Shown in pieces: positions 29,340 through 39,319 of a DNA stretch of 64,000 bases. The position numbers were made by a program, and so were the translations under genes. The DNA is taken from assembly GCA_028867755.1 (NCBI GenBank), contig JAGWFT010000001.1:1172149-1236148 (forward strand). Direction: 5' to 3'. The notes beneath the pieces were generated by a model. The model was not told the origin of the DNA. It saw only the letters and a program-made list of their open reading frames with translations, and made no database searches. Source of the stretch: Nitrososphaerota archaeon. GTDB lineage: Archaea; Thermoproteota; Nitrososphaeria; Nitrososphaerales; Nitrosopumilaceae. Every line of letters starts with the position of its first letter. The stretch's first letter is position 1.

Positions 29340-30840
29340 CTCAGAACTAATCATCACATTTGTTTCTCTTTTTATTTTGTTTATTGCACTAGGATTTTAC
29401 GGAAAATATTGGAGAAGAGGAGATCTCAATCACGTACACGAGTGGTCCCTTGCCGGAAGAAAGCTTGGTACTACGTTGGTTTTCTTTCTCATAGGAGCTG
29501 ACCTTTACACAGCATATAGTTTTGTTGCCATTCCATCTGGAGTTTTTGCCAAGGGATCACTCTATTTTTTTGCAATACCATATGTCATGCTGACTTTTGC
29601 AGTGGCACTTGTAACCATGCCAAGATTGTGGACTCTGGCAAGAGAGAAAGGATACATTACAGCTTCAGATTTTGTCAAGGACAGGTTTGGCAGCACCACA
29701 CTTGCAATAATGATAGCCATCACTGGCATTGTTGCAGAATTGCCATACATAGCACTTCAGATAATAGGTATGAGGGCAGTCTTGACCGTTATGCTTGCAG
29801 GCTACGCCAATGCCCAAATTGTAGAGGAAATTTCGCTTTTGATCTCTTTTATCATCTTGGCTGCTTTCACATATACAAGCGGCCTACGCGGAGCCACACT
29901 TACAGCCGTGTTCAAGGATATCCTGATCTGGGTTACAGTTATTGCAGTAATCATAATAGTTCCAATTAGTATCGGTGGATTCCAACATGCTTTCAGTCAA
30001 GTAAAGGCAAACTATGTTACTCTTCCTTCGTCTTTGATGCCTGCCTATGCAACACTAATTCTTGGCAGTGCATTGGCACTCTATCTTTATCCTCATGCAA
30101 TAAATGGTGTGCTAAGTGCTCAGAGTGCTCAAAAGCTTCGTACGAGTACAGCCCTGCTTCCTCTCTATGGGGTCGGACTTGCAGTACTTGCATTGATGGG
30201 CATACTAGTATTTGCAGTTCCTAATGCAATGAATTTCCTTTCAGGATTTCCAGAAAGTTCACGTGGAGTATTAGTTGTGCCATCTCTGATAATGTTTACA
30301 ATGCCAGGATGGTTTGCAGGTATTGCATTACTTGGAATTTTTGTTGGCGGCCTTGTACCTGCAGCGATAATGGCAATGGCTCAAGCAAACTTGCTTACAA
30401 GAAATATAATAAAAGAATTAAAGCCAAACATGAAAGCTAGTTCAGAGATTCGAATTACCAAAATATCATCAACAGCTTTTAAATTCCTAGCGCTTGGGTT
30501 TGTTTTTGTAGTCCCTGCAACATATGCCATATCTTTGCAACTACTTGGCGGAATATTGATTGCACAGATATTGCCAGCAGTTCTTTGCGGTTTATACGTC
30601 AAGTCTCTGAAAAAAATTCCGCTCATCATAGGCTTGCTTGTTGGAATAAGTTCTGGAATTTACATGGTAGAAGATGTAAATAATTTTGGGGCTCTAACAG
30701 TATCACTTTTCAATACAACTTTTGGTACAATTTACATTGCTGTGATATCACTTGCCATCAATCTTGCAATATCATTTGGTGGAAGTTACATATCAAATAA
30801 AAGACAAGCGTCAAAAACAGAAAATCAAGATACAGTTTGA
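29332..30840 (+). CDS. Sodium/proton:solute symporter (MctP/ActP-like monocarboxylate permease)
   Basis: EWSLAGRKLG, GADLYTAYSF, ASDFVKDRFGS, PYIALQ, YPHA; about 13 TM helices. Confidence 0.88.
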   Translation: MISSELIITFVSLFILFIALGFYGKYWRRGDLNHVHEWSLAGRKLGTTLVFFLIGADLYTAYSFVAIPSGVFAKGSLYFFAIPYVMLTFAVALVTMPRLWTLAREKGYITASDFVKDRFGSTTLAIMIAITGIVAELPYIALQIIGMRAVLTVMLAGYANAQIVEEISLLISFIILAAFTYTSGLRGATLTAVFKDILIWVTVIAVIIIVPISIGGFQHAFSQVKANYVTLPSSLMPAYATLILGSALALYLYPHAINGVLSAQSAQKLRTSTALLPLYGVGLAVLALMGILVFAVPNAMNFLSGFPESSRGVLVVPSLIMFTMPGWFAGIALLGIFVGGLVPAAIMAMAQANLLTRNIIKELKPNMKASSEIRITKISSTAFKFLALGFVFVVPATYAISLQLLGGILIAQILPAVLCGLYVKSLKKIPLIIGLLVGISSGIYMVEDVNNFGALTVSLFNTTFGTIYIAVISLAINLAISFGGSYISNKRQASKTENQDTV

Positions 30841-30880
30841 TTGCAATATAAAGAATGAAAAGACTTGAGAAATTTCTAAT

Positions 30881-31441
30881 CTACTCGTATTCCATTAGTT
30901 TTTTCTCTTCTAGAAGAGTATGCAAATTATGAACTGCCCTATATACTTCAGATTCTTTCTTTGTGCCAGTACAGACTAGTTTACCAGACGCGAAGATTAG
31001 AACGACTGATCTTGGGTCAAGCATTCTATGTATCAATCCTGGAAATTGCTCTGGCTCATACATGCTTCTTGGAAGACTGCGTGCAGCTCTTTCAAGATGT
31101 ACTTTGCCACCAAGGCTTACAGATGCCACAATGTTTTGAATGGTTATCTCAGGATCATTTTTGATTTTTATCTTGCCTTTTCGAAGTTTTTGAACTACAG
31201 TTCTTACTGCATTGATAGCTGCATCTTCAGATTTAGAACCAGTACAGACCATCTTGCCTGAACTGAAGATTAGTGTTGCAGTCTTTGGAGATTTTAATCT
31301 AAAGACCAATCCTGGAAATTGCTCTGGGTGGTACTCCACATCCGGAAATGTTTTTGTGATTTCAACAAGATCGATTTTTTGATCGACGGAAGCAGAGGCA
31401 ACAACATTTACGATATCTACGATCGGTTTTGTTTGCGGCAC
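30881..31441 (-). CDS. tbp: TATA-box binding protein
   Basis: Two repeats: NVVAS...YHPEQFPGL...LIFSSGKMVCTG and NIVAS...YEPEQFPGL...LIFASGKLVCTG. Confidence 0.98.
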   Translation of the reverse strand: MPQTKPIVDIVNVVASASVDQKIDLVEITKTFPDVEYHPEQFPGLVFRLKSPKTATLIFSSGKMVCTGSKSEDAAINAVRTVVQKLRKGKIKIKNDPEITIQNIVASVSLGGKVHLERAARSLPRSMYEPEQFPGLIHRMLDPRSVVLIFASGKLVCTGTKKESEVYRAVHNLHTLLEEKKLMEYE

Positions 31442-31553
31442 TGGTATGGGTACAATTTAGTACCATATATACCAATTACATCCTCTACGCAGGAAAAATT
31501 GAAAAAATGCCACCCATGCCATACAGTAGAGATCAAATTACTAGATCCATTTC

Positions 31554-31892
31554 CTAGTATGAGGCGCACGAGACTGTTCCACTGATCTTTTCTGTGTCTT
31601 TATCTCGGGATATTTCATAAATTGTGTCAAGTGTCATCAGTCCGACAACTCTTAACTTGTGATTGTTTTCTTTTGCCATCTCAAAGCCATATTTTTGGCC
31701 AAGTGTAAATTGCTTTTTGTCCAAATCCACCCCATGTTTGTATTCAACAACAATTTCTGCATGAGGCTCAACATCAGTGAATTTTCTTTCGTAGTACATG
31801 GCTTGCATGGCAAGTTCAGGCTCAATTTTTTGTAGTCTATTTTTTATATCTTCTAAGAACTCATCGTATTCTGCCTCAATTAGTTGAGACAT
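31554..31892 (-). CDS. Hypothetical protein
   Basis: 112-aa ORF with mixed alpha/beta character. Confidence 0.7.
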   Translation of the reverse strand: MSQLIEAEYDEFLEDIKNRLQKIEPELAMQAMYYERKFTDVEPHAEIVVEYKHGVDLDKKQFTLGQKYGFEMAKENNHKLRVVGLMTLDTIYEISRDKDTEKISGTVSCASY

Positions 31893-32127
31893 ACTATCAA
31901 TACGGTAGAATCTTATTTAAATTTGTCAACCTATAACGTCGGTTCAGATAATGTAAAGATAAAAGTTACTCAGAAATTAGCAGACATGGTTATCAATCAT
32001 TTACAATAATGATATCGTATGACAGTCCTGTACCTACCGAAAACAAGTGAGTTTGATGCCGAAGGTTCAGATATTCCCCAGTATATAATACACAATATCC
32101 TCAAAGCCAATGAAATGGAATTGAAAA

Positions 32128-32373
32128 ATGATAGGAATTCAAAAAAGAAGTATAGCTAACTGGTGTAATCACAATACAGACTTTCTTATAGCAATAGGTG
32201 GATTATTGATTCTAGCATATACCAAAGTCTCAGAAATATATCCAAATCACATCATGATTTGGCAAGATATAGAATTTTGGACGCTTTTAATAGGAGTGAT
32301 TATGTTATCAATAGGAATGTCTGCTCTTGCCTGCCATAGAATTTTGTTGAGACGCCAAGGCTTTTTTAGCTAA
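32128..32373 (+). CDS. Small two-TM membrane protein
   Basis: Two hydrophobic helices and a basic tail. Confidence 0.55.
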   Translation: MIGIQKRSIANWCNHNTDFLIAIGGLLILAYTKVSEIYPNHIMIWQDIEFWTLLIGVIMLSIGMSALACHRILLRRQGFFS

Positions 32374-32484
32374 ATAAAGCAAACATTCTTCTCATCATAG
32401 CAAAAGCACACAAAAACCCAAAATAATACAAGTTAGAATGATCTTAATGAGTTATATTCTGCAAGAAAAGAGTTCTCAAAATAA

Positions 32485-32829
32485 ATGAATTTTGGAAAAA
32501 TATTTGGCGATAAAAAATCTGATAACCCTAGTAAAAATCTAGAAGAGATTTACAAGATAAAAGAAGAAATCGAGAAAGAAGACAAGATATTTGAAAAAGA
32601 ATTGCCTGCAAAATATGCTTTATTGCAAAAATTTGACATGGTTCACTTGAAGACATTATGCGATGAGTTGCTTGGAAGAGGGCCTCCAGATGACGAATAC
32701 GATGATCCTAAGAGTGGAGAAAAGAAAATGCTACCACAATACAAAGAAGACTATATACATTTCATTGTGGACGAATTAAGACTGTCCGAGATAAAGGACT
32801 ATGCAATAAAGAAGAAGATTTTTGTCTGA
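32485..32829 (+). CDS. Small helical hypothetical protein; paralogue of 14848-15156
   Basis: LLQKFDMVHLKTLC...SEIKDYAIK pattern. Confidence 0.75.
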   Translation: MNFGKIFGDKKSDNPSKNLEEIYKIKEEIEKEDKIFEKELPAKYALLQKFDMVHLKTLCDELLGRGPPDDEYDDPKSGEKKMLPQYKEDYIHFIVDELRLSEIKDYAIKKKIFV

Positions 32830-32862
32830 AGAATTTTAAGAACATCAAGAACTAGACTAAGA

Positions 32863-34326
32863 CTAGCTCTTTGGAATGACAAGATCAAGAAAGATCGTTT
32901 TTGTTACAATCCCATCAGATGCACTAATCCCTAGTGTATAGTTACCAGGAGGGGCAGAATAGTTTCTCAAAACAAGTTGCGCACCATGGCTAGAAGAAAG
33001 ATCAATGGTATCAGGGGATAGTTTTACATCAATATTCTCAAACCCGGCATTAGAAACCATAGAGCTTGATGCATTTAGAAATACATGGTTTGTGCTGTAG
33101 GGACTCTGGCCTGTAATCTTTAGATTTACAGATACTTCTTTTGAGGCATCTGGGCTTAGGACAACTTTGTTTGTATCTGCAGATATGGAGAAAGGCACCT
33201 GCACATGTCCATCAATCTTTCCCATTTTATCAGTATTCCATTCAGAAAACCACAGTATCATGTTGTCACGAGGATCTGTGGCTATGTTAAGAGGATATGT
33301 CAGATAACCATCTTTGGGCCTAGATGGAATCTCATATTCTATCATGGTTTTGTTTACTGTATCAAAATATGCAACCTTGTTTCCTTCGTGTTCATTGAAC
33401 CACAAACCTGTACCATTGTCAACACCTCTTATCCAAAATGGCAAAGTTGTCGCATGATACACATTTTGTGAGGTTGGATATCGTATGACCTGGTTAGTCG
33501 CAAGGTCGTATTCTGTAAGGAAACTTGTGCCATGCTCTGTTAACCACATCGAATCACCGTTAACAATAACATCTGTCGGCGATGAAAGTTGTGTCTGGTT
33601 ATCTATTGGAATTTCTTTTATTTTTGCAATTCTAGTCACAGTGCCATTTTCATGTTCTATATTATACTCAATAATCTTTTGAGTTGTTATCTCTGTTACC
33701 CATAACAAATCATTTTGTAAGAACAGTCCTGCCGGTGCAGTTTCATTTCCAGTGTCAAAGGCAGATGTTTGGTATCCAGTTTGTGCATTAGCATTTTTTT
33801 CTATGACATTTAAGGTATTTCCACTCAGTGTGGTATACCACACATTACCACTGCCTGAATCTACCTTCATTTGAAATGCAGACCCTGTTGCCGAAGAAAT
33901 AGAGCGAAAACTGCCAGTAGTAGAGTCAAACCTCCAAACTGATTTAGTTCCTAGCGGTGAAAACCATATGATTCCATCTTTGTCTGAAACTACAGTCCAC
34001 ACCATAGTAGTATTCTGGCCAGGATTCTGGTACAAAGTATTACCATCTTTTATCTCATAACTTTTTAGCTGTTCTGAATTTTGATCAAAGCTGTAAAGCA
34101 AATCAGATTTGGAAGATGTGACCCATACTGTTCCTTGTTTGTCTACAATCAGTCCGTTAGGCGCAGTATTATCAGGCAATGAATATTCCTTCAGATATGG
34201 ATTCTCACTTGGTGTTGTGTTTAGGACAGACTCAGTTTGTTGAATGTTTATTTTTTGTGATACAGCACATACCGCAACAATACCAATTATTATTACCATT
34301 ATTGCGACTCTTTTTTTAGATATCAA
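32863..34326 (-). CDS. Membrane-anchored Vgb-lyase-like beta-propeller protein
   Basis: N-terminal TM; repeats such as VWVT, IWFS, VWYT, MWLTEH, LWFNEH, LWFSEW; C-terminal Ig-like domain. Confidence 0.85.
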   Translation of the reverse strand: MISKKRVAIMVIIIGIVAVCAVSQKINIQQTESVLNTTPSENPYLKEYSLPDNTAPNGLIVDKQGTVWVTSSKSDLLYSFDQNSEQLKSYEIKDGNTLYQNPGQNTTMVWTVVSDKDGIIWFSPLGTKSVWRFDSTTGSFRSISSATGSAFQMKVDSGSGNVWYTTLSGNTLNVIEKNANAQTGYQTSAFDTGNETAPAGLFLQNDLLWVTEITTQKIIEYNIEHENGTVTRIAKIKEIPIDNQTQLSSPTDVIVNGDSMWLTEHGTSFLTEYDLATNQVIRYPTSQNVYHATTLPFWIRGVDNGTGLWFNEHEGNKVAYFDTVNKTMIEYEIPSRPKDGYLTYPLNIATDPRDNMILWFSEWNTDKMGKIDGHVQVPFSISADTNKVVLSPDASKEVSVNLKITGQSPYSTNHVFLNASSSMVSNAGFENIDVKLSPDTIDLSSSHGAQLVLRNYSAPPGNYTLGISASDGIVTKTIFLDLVIPKS

Positions 34327-34452
34327 ATTGACATTCCTTGAAAATTCATATCATACTTTCTTTATTAGTGTCTCGAAGGTTCTGTTCTTGGTTCAAAGAC
34401 AGGTACGAAAACATAGCCAAATATAATATACTAAAACTGCCTAACCCACACA

Positions 34453-34968
34453 GTGCAAAAAAAATATCTGCTTTTAGTAGTCTATTTTAGTTTCTTTGTA
34501 GGCCTTGTTACTTATGAGATAATGCATCCGCCGTTTAGTACAGATGCTGCAAAAGTTGGCAACTATCAAGTTGAGGTATCCACAACTCCTTCGGTACCTG
34601 ACATAGGAAAGGATACAAAGATTCACTTTCTAGTGTTAGACCAAAATGGTGCCCAAGTTGACAAAATTAGAATGGGTTTGCAGATCTATCATGATGATGA
34701 ATTGACAAAAGAATTTCCGCCAGATAATTATCCGGGAATATGGGATGTGGATTATGTATTTCAAGAGCCTGGAAATCACGTGTTTAGAATTACCCTTTTT
34801 GATATGCATACTGGTGATGTAAACTCGTATGCGTTTAACATAACAACACTTAGCTTGTACACATCAATTTTTGTAGTTTTAGTAATTGCCGGAGTTGGTG
34901 GAGCTTCTGGCATAGTCATAGCAATATGGATATTTGCCAAACGAACAAGACCAAGTTTTAGGTATTAA
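34453..34968 (+). CDS. Membrane-anchored Ig-like (YtkA-like) protein
   Basis: N- and C-terminal TM segments flanking a beta-rich domain (VDYVFQEPGNHVF). Confidence 0.7.
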   Translation: MQKKYLLLVVYFSFFVGLVTYEIMHPPFSTDAAKVGNYQVEVSTTPSVPDIGKDTKIHFLVLDQNGAQVDKIRMGLQIYHDDELTKEFPPDNYPGIWDVDYVFQEPGNHVFRITLFDMHTGDVNSYAFNITTLSLYTSIFVVLVIAGVGGASGIVIAIWIFAKRTRPSFRY

Positions 34969-34974
34969 TTAAAA

Positions 34975-35095
34975 GGCGTGGCCCCCTAATGTAGGACACT
35001 TGGAGATTACCTCCATTTGAACAACGCCTTTGCGTTTGGTTCGCACAATAGCTCCTACAGGGCCACGCTGCGTTAAGCCATTCTTAGTGGCTTTA
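34975..35095. ncRNA. Candidate structured RNA element (about 120 nt, GC-rich)
   Basis: 9-bp stem 34976-84/35060-68, 7-bp stem 34990-96/35053-59, two inner hairpins, flanking 6-bp hairpin 35075-93. Confidence 0.5.
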
Positions 35096-35289
35096 CGAAC
35101 ATGTAGCATAATAAATTTCATCATATTTAAGAATTCATTTAAAAAAATATAAATTAAATTTTAATTGACTAATTTATTATTAATATACTCTTAATTTTAT
35201 CAAAATTTTATCGATTAACCTTACTTTTAGCCATAAGAGTTTGGCTCGGAGACAGATATGAGATACAACAAACTTTAGGCATCAGGATA

Positions 35290-35484
35290 CTACTCTAACA
35301 TTGTCCAAAACCTAGAGTACCTAAAAAGACCGACCCATCCAGATATGAAAAATATTAACGATATCGCAAATAGGGTATAGAGATCTCTTTTACGATGTGC
35401 AAGATCCATGTTGAGAAAAATAAACGCACCCATTCCAATTAATCCAAAAAATAGGAGCAATCTTCCAAACCTTTTCCAATTCAA
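35290..35484 (-). CDS. Small two-TM membrane protein
   Basis: 64 aa, two TM helices. Confidence 0.6.
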   Translation of the reverse strand: MNWKRFGRLLLFFGLIGMGAFIFLNMDLAHRKRDLYTLFAISLIFFISGWVGLFRYSRFWTMLE

Positions 35485-35578
35485 TTACAGAACGAATAGT
35501 AACTCAGATATAAAATGGATCTGGCACCAAGCCAGAGACTAAACTATGAAATTAATTTAGAAAGTAAATTCAGTAAAG

Positions 35579-36034
35579 TTACACAATACCGCATTTTGTA
35601 TAGTATTGCTGGTGGTATTCCTCTGCCTTGTAGAACTCGTGGGCTGGCAGTATCTGGGTTACAATCTTCTTTTTAATATTTCCCGAATTTTGGAGTTGTT
35701 CTTTTGATTGTATTGCCTCTTTTTCTTGTCCCTGATCGTGGCAGAATATCACTGACCTGTACTGAGTGCCTACATCAGGGCCTTGTCTGTTCATCGAGGT
35801 AGGGTCATGAGAATTCCAGAAGACACCCAATAGATTAGCATATGATATAACAGAGGGATCAAACTCAACCTGTACCACTTCGGCATGCCCGGTTTGGTCG
35901 GTGCAAACATCATCATAGGTGGGATTCTTCATGCTACCTCCCATGTATCCCACAGCTGTTGATGTCACGCCCTTGATCTTTTGGAATTCATGCTCAACGC
36001 ACCAAAAACATCCAGCACCAAAAGTGGCTTTCAT
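35579..36034 (-). CDS. msrA: Peptide-methionine (S)-S-oxide reductase
   Basis: GAGCFWC, GHAEVVQV, RQGPDVGTQYRS, AEEYHQQY motifs. Confidence 0.97.
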   Translation of the reverse strand: MKATFGAGCFWCVEHEFQKIKGVTSTAVGYMGGSMKNPTYDDVCTDQTGHAEVVQVEFDPSVISYANLLGVFWNSHDPTSMNRQGPDVGTQYRSVIFCHDQGQEKEAIQSKEQLQNSGNIKKKIVTQILPAHEFYKAEEYHQQYYTKCGIV

Positions 36035-36064
36035 AGATAGACTTTGCGACTACAGAATTAAATC

Positions 36065-37384
36065 CTATCGGAGAAGCGGATAAAACAATTGTGCAATATC
36101 ACTGCCAGTAGTGTTTCCTTCAGACCATGCACAGATGCCAGATTTATCAACAGACAAGCTTTGACCCTGCGATTCAGGTATAGAGATTATTTTATTTGAA
36201 TCAAGGAACTGAAGTGCTGCCTTAAAATCACTATCTTGGATATTTCCACTACACCAAAAACCTGTCAGATTTTTCACCCAAGAAGGAATTAGGATGTTTT
36301 CTTGGTGTAACGTTACAGAAAATGACCTTAAAACAGAATTTCCATCTTGGTTTGTTGCAGAACAAGTAACTGTTGTTGTACCAATAGGAAAGAGTGAGCC
36401 AGATGACGGAAAACAGTCTGGGCCTACTAGTCCTTGAAGTACAGTGAAATTAAGAAAATCTACACGAGTTCCAGTAGTACTTGTAGTTTGAATAACAACA
36501 TTACGAACATCAGGAGCATTTGACGGTGGTGCTACTGTCGGTGCAGCACTTTGGTAGTGTGTTCCAATTCTTACAAATATGCTTGATTCTGACGGTACTG
36601 GTTGTGAGTTATCTCCAAATGTAAATTCCAAAGTAGAGCCAATCTCAACTGGGAATCCGTCGATTGACCTTGGTATCTTAAAAGTTGCTGCAAATGTATC
36701 AGTATTTGCACCAGTCTCTCGCAGAGAGCCAGTGCCAATATCAAATGCAGGATCTGCAAGCGTGGTACTCACACCTTGCATATTGACTTGAACAAGGCTT
36801 AGTGGAATATCGTCTGGCACTTGAGAATCCAAATTATAATTTGGTGCATAAACTTGTAACGTGAAATACTGTCCTATGTTTGCACTCTGATCTGATGATT
36901 GTGCACCTGAATTTGATTGCTGGTACCCAGGGATGGAATTAGGTACGGAGCTAGGTATAGAATTGAGAACAACTGATTGTGTTATTGTTTGTGGATGCCC
37001 AGAATAATCCGCGCGTTGGTGATATGTCAAAAGCACTACATCCCCATCTTGTAGCGGGTTACCATTGACAGAAGAAGGCAGAGTGAGCTCAAGTTGAAAC
37101 ACACCAGTGTCAATGCCAGTCTCCACCATGTCAGAGGGGCCAGATATTGGAGTCCCATTAATAGTAAAATCAACTAAACCATCTGTTGAGACAGTCATGA
37201 CTCCCCTATGATCAGTAACCAGATTTTCATCTGTAATGTAAAATGTCAAAACAGAACCAGGAGTAGTTGGCTCTGCATAACAAAGAGAGAGCGGTACAAA
37301 AAGCAGAGCGAGTGCAAGATATCTCATGACATGAAATACATCTGCAGAAGTATAACTATGTCTCATAATGGTGTCTATTGTCAT
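36065..37384 (-). CDS. Secreted surface protein with S-layer-like ETG repeats, HYR-like domain and IPSWVKN tail domain
   Basis: Signal peptide; ETGIDTGVF and ETGANTDTF; SGSLFPIGTTTVTCSA (HYR-like); IPSWVKN..GFW. Confidence 0.78.
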   Translation of the reverse strand: MTIDTIMRHSYTSADVFHVMRYLALALLFVPLSLCYAEPTTPGSVLTFYITDENLVTDHRGVMTVSTDGLVDFTINGTPISGPSDMVETGIDTGVFQLELTLPSSVNGNPLQDGDVVLLTYHQRADYSGHPQTITQSVVLNSIPSSVPNSIPGYQQSNSGAQSSDQSANIGQYFTLQVYAPNYNLDSQVPDDIPLSLVQVNMQGVSTTLADPAFDIGTGSLRETGANTDTFAATFKIPRSIDGFPVEIGSTLEFTFGDNSQPVPSESSIFVRIGTHYQSAAPTVAPPSNAPDVRNVVIQTTSTTGTRVDFLNFTVLQGLVGPDCFPSSGSLFPIGTTTVTCSATNQDGNSVLRSFSVTLHQENILIPSWVKNLTGFWCSGNIQDSDFKAALQFLDSNKIISIPESQGQSLSVDKSGICAWSEGNTTGSDIAQLFYPLLR

Positions 37385-37891
37385 TTAACTATCACGGTTT
37401 GTGAGTTTTGTGATAAGCTTGGTTTTTGACTTGTTTGCAGGTTTTGGTTCATCCAAGAATCTTTTGGCGTTGATAATTATCTTATTCAAAATAGGCCTTA
37501 TCAATTTCATATCGTTTGGTGATAAACCCTTGTACAGTACTTTTCGTAATTGAAGAATTATTTCTATAATTGAATCAACTATGGATTCAGATTTTTTTGT
37601 AAGGTACAGCCTGTTATGCCTTCTGTCATGTGGATCCGGCTTTCGTTCAAGTAGACCATTTTCTTCCATTTTGTCTATTACAGGCACCAGAGTACTGCTA
37701 TCAACATAGATTTTGTCTGCAAGTTCTCTTTGGCTTAGCCCATCAAAGAGGTTTAGCGCCAAAATAACCTTCCATTGGCTTGGCGTGAGCCCTAGTTTGG
37801 CCTTGATCTCATACTCTGCAACACCTTCCAATGATTTTGATGTAAGTAATATCAATGTGCCAATACTGTCTTTTAGATCTAGTTTACGCAT
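37385..37891 (-). CDS. MarR-family transcriptional regulator
   Basis: LTPSQWKVI, LSQRELA, STLVPVIDKME, DPHDRR motifs. Confidence 0.92.
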   Translation of the reverse strand: MRKLDLKDSIGTLILLTSKSLEGVAEYEIKAKLGLTPSQWKVILALNLFDGLSQRELADKIYVDSSTLVPVIDKMEENGLLERKPDPHDRRHNRLYLTKKSESIVDSIIEIILQLRKVLYKGLSPNDMKLIRPILNKIIINAKRFLDEPKPANKSKTKLITKLTNRDS

Positions 37892-37921
37892 GCTTTATGT
37901 TATATCAAGTGTTATATTAAG

Positions 37922-37946
37922 TGGTATACAAACGATTTGTATACCA
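37922..37946. promoter_or_regulatory. Perfect palindrome, probable MarR operator
   Basis: TGGTATACAAA-cga-TTTGTATACCA (11-bp arms) between the minus-strand TATA (37952-58) and the MarR start. Confidence 0.7.
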
Positions 37947-38064
37947 ACAAGTTATATACTCTCAAGTGGAACATAATTCATGAGAAACCCTCTGAGTCAT
38001 GTCATCATTTCTGAAATGGTTGCAGCAGTAATTTTGCAGGATATCAATATACCAGCATTTCAGC

Positions 38065-38646
38065 ATGAAAACCCAACAACGTCTGCATATGAGCCATATC
38101 ATGCCAAAACATAATCCCACATTTAGATCAAGAAACATTATTTTCTTTTTGATAGCATTTGTTATACTGATTCCAAGTATCCCACTATCTTATGCAGACC
38201 GTGTAATTGATGTCCAAACAGTGGCAAATGTAAAAGAGCAATCTTTGCTTTCAACAATATCAAATCTACAAAATTATCCACAAATCTTTCCTGACAATAT
38301 CAAATCTGTCAAACTGTTGGACAACAAGACAAACCTAGTTGAGATGAATGCCGGTGTAAATGGTATTTTCTTTGATACCCAAGCTGTGTATCAACAGACC
38401 CCAGATGGCAAGTACATAGTTCAGGTTGTATCAGGAGACCTCAAAGGAACCACGATGACAACAGAGCTAAACAAAACATGGGGTTTTGATGGCTCGCCTG
38501 GAATGGGAACCAAGGCCAACATTAGTTTGGATTTGAAGACATCGGGTTTTCTCTCATGGATGCTAGGTTTTGTTCCAGATGATTCACTTAATTACGCACT
38601 CCAAAATGGATTTAGCAAGTTCGTAGACTATGCACAACAGGACTAG
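38065..38646 (+). CDS. SRPBCC/START-like (cyclase) domain protein
   Basis: Hydrophobic N-terminal segment, then LQNYPQIFPDNIKSV and a C-terminal helix typical of SRPBCC. Confidence 0.6.
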   Translation: MKTQQRLHMSHIMPKHNPTFRSRNIIFFLIAFVILIPSIPLSYADRVIDVQTVANVKEQSLLSTISNLQNYPQIFPDNIKSVKLLDNKTNLVEMNAGVNGIFFDTQAVYQQTPDGKYIVQVVSGDLKGTTMTTELNKTWGFDGSPGMGTKANISLDLKTSGFLSWMLGFVPDDSLNYALQNGFSKFVDYAQQD

Positions 38647-38656
38647 AGTCTAGTAA

Positions 38657-39157
38657 TCAGCTAGCTTTGTGTAGTTTTGGCTTTAGTTTGGAATTTTTTT
38701 TCAAAAGTTCTAGGGCAAGCGCTTTGTTGTTTAATGCAATATCGTATTTTTTGTCAATTTTAAGAGCAGAGTTGAAACACTTGATGGCATCTTTTAGCAA
38801 CCCAAGTTCGCCAAGTGACAGTCCCTTGTATGCAATTGCCATTGCATATTTTGGTTGAATTTTGAGTACTTTGTCATAGCAATCAATTGCATCGTAATGC
38901 TTGCCCATAGTATGCAGTGCAGAGCCTTTATTCACAAGTGCATCCACATTTTTAGTGTCTATTTCAAGGGCCAGATCATAGCATTTGACTGACTGTTTTA
39001 CTTTGCCCAGATTTTGGAGTGTGACTCCTTTATTTATCAAGGCAGATATATTGCCAGGTTCCTTGTACAGGACAAGATCATAGTATTCTAATGCAAGCGT
39101 ATACTCGCCTTCTTCACACAATTCATAGGCATCGTTTAGAAGAGAGGAATGGCGCAT
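38657..39157 (-). CDS. TPR repeat protein
   Basis: About four TPR repeats (ALINKG, ALVNKG, AIAYKG, ALNNK). Confidence 0.9.
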   Translation of the reverse strand: MRHSSLLNDAYELCEEGEYTLALEYYDLVLYKEPGNISALINKGVTLQNLGKVKQSVKCYDLALEIDTKNVDALVNKGSALHTMGKHYDAIDCYDKVLKIQPKYAMAIAYKGLSLGELGLLKDAIKCFNSALKIDKKYDIALNNKALALELLKKNSKLKPKLHKAS

Positions 39158-39319
39158 CTTTTCGTACTATAAAATATCAAGATAATTATTCTTTTAGTTG
39201 GATTACATACGTTACCATTGTCTAATCTCTAGAATTATTCGTAAAACAAGTCAATTTGGTAAAACCAATGAAGGAAAATCCCAAATTCACAACAGTCTTT
39301 AAGGGACTTTTAGTGCGAG

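Noticed and set aside
32863-34326. Streptogramin resistance (virginiamycin B lyase)
   Set aside because: Only the propeller fold is shared; the membrane anchor and copper-locus context argue against antibiotic resistance.
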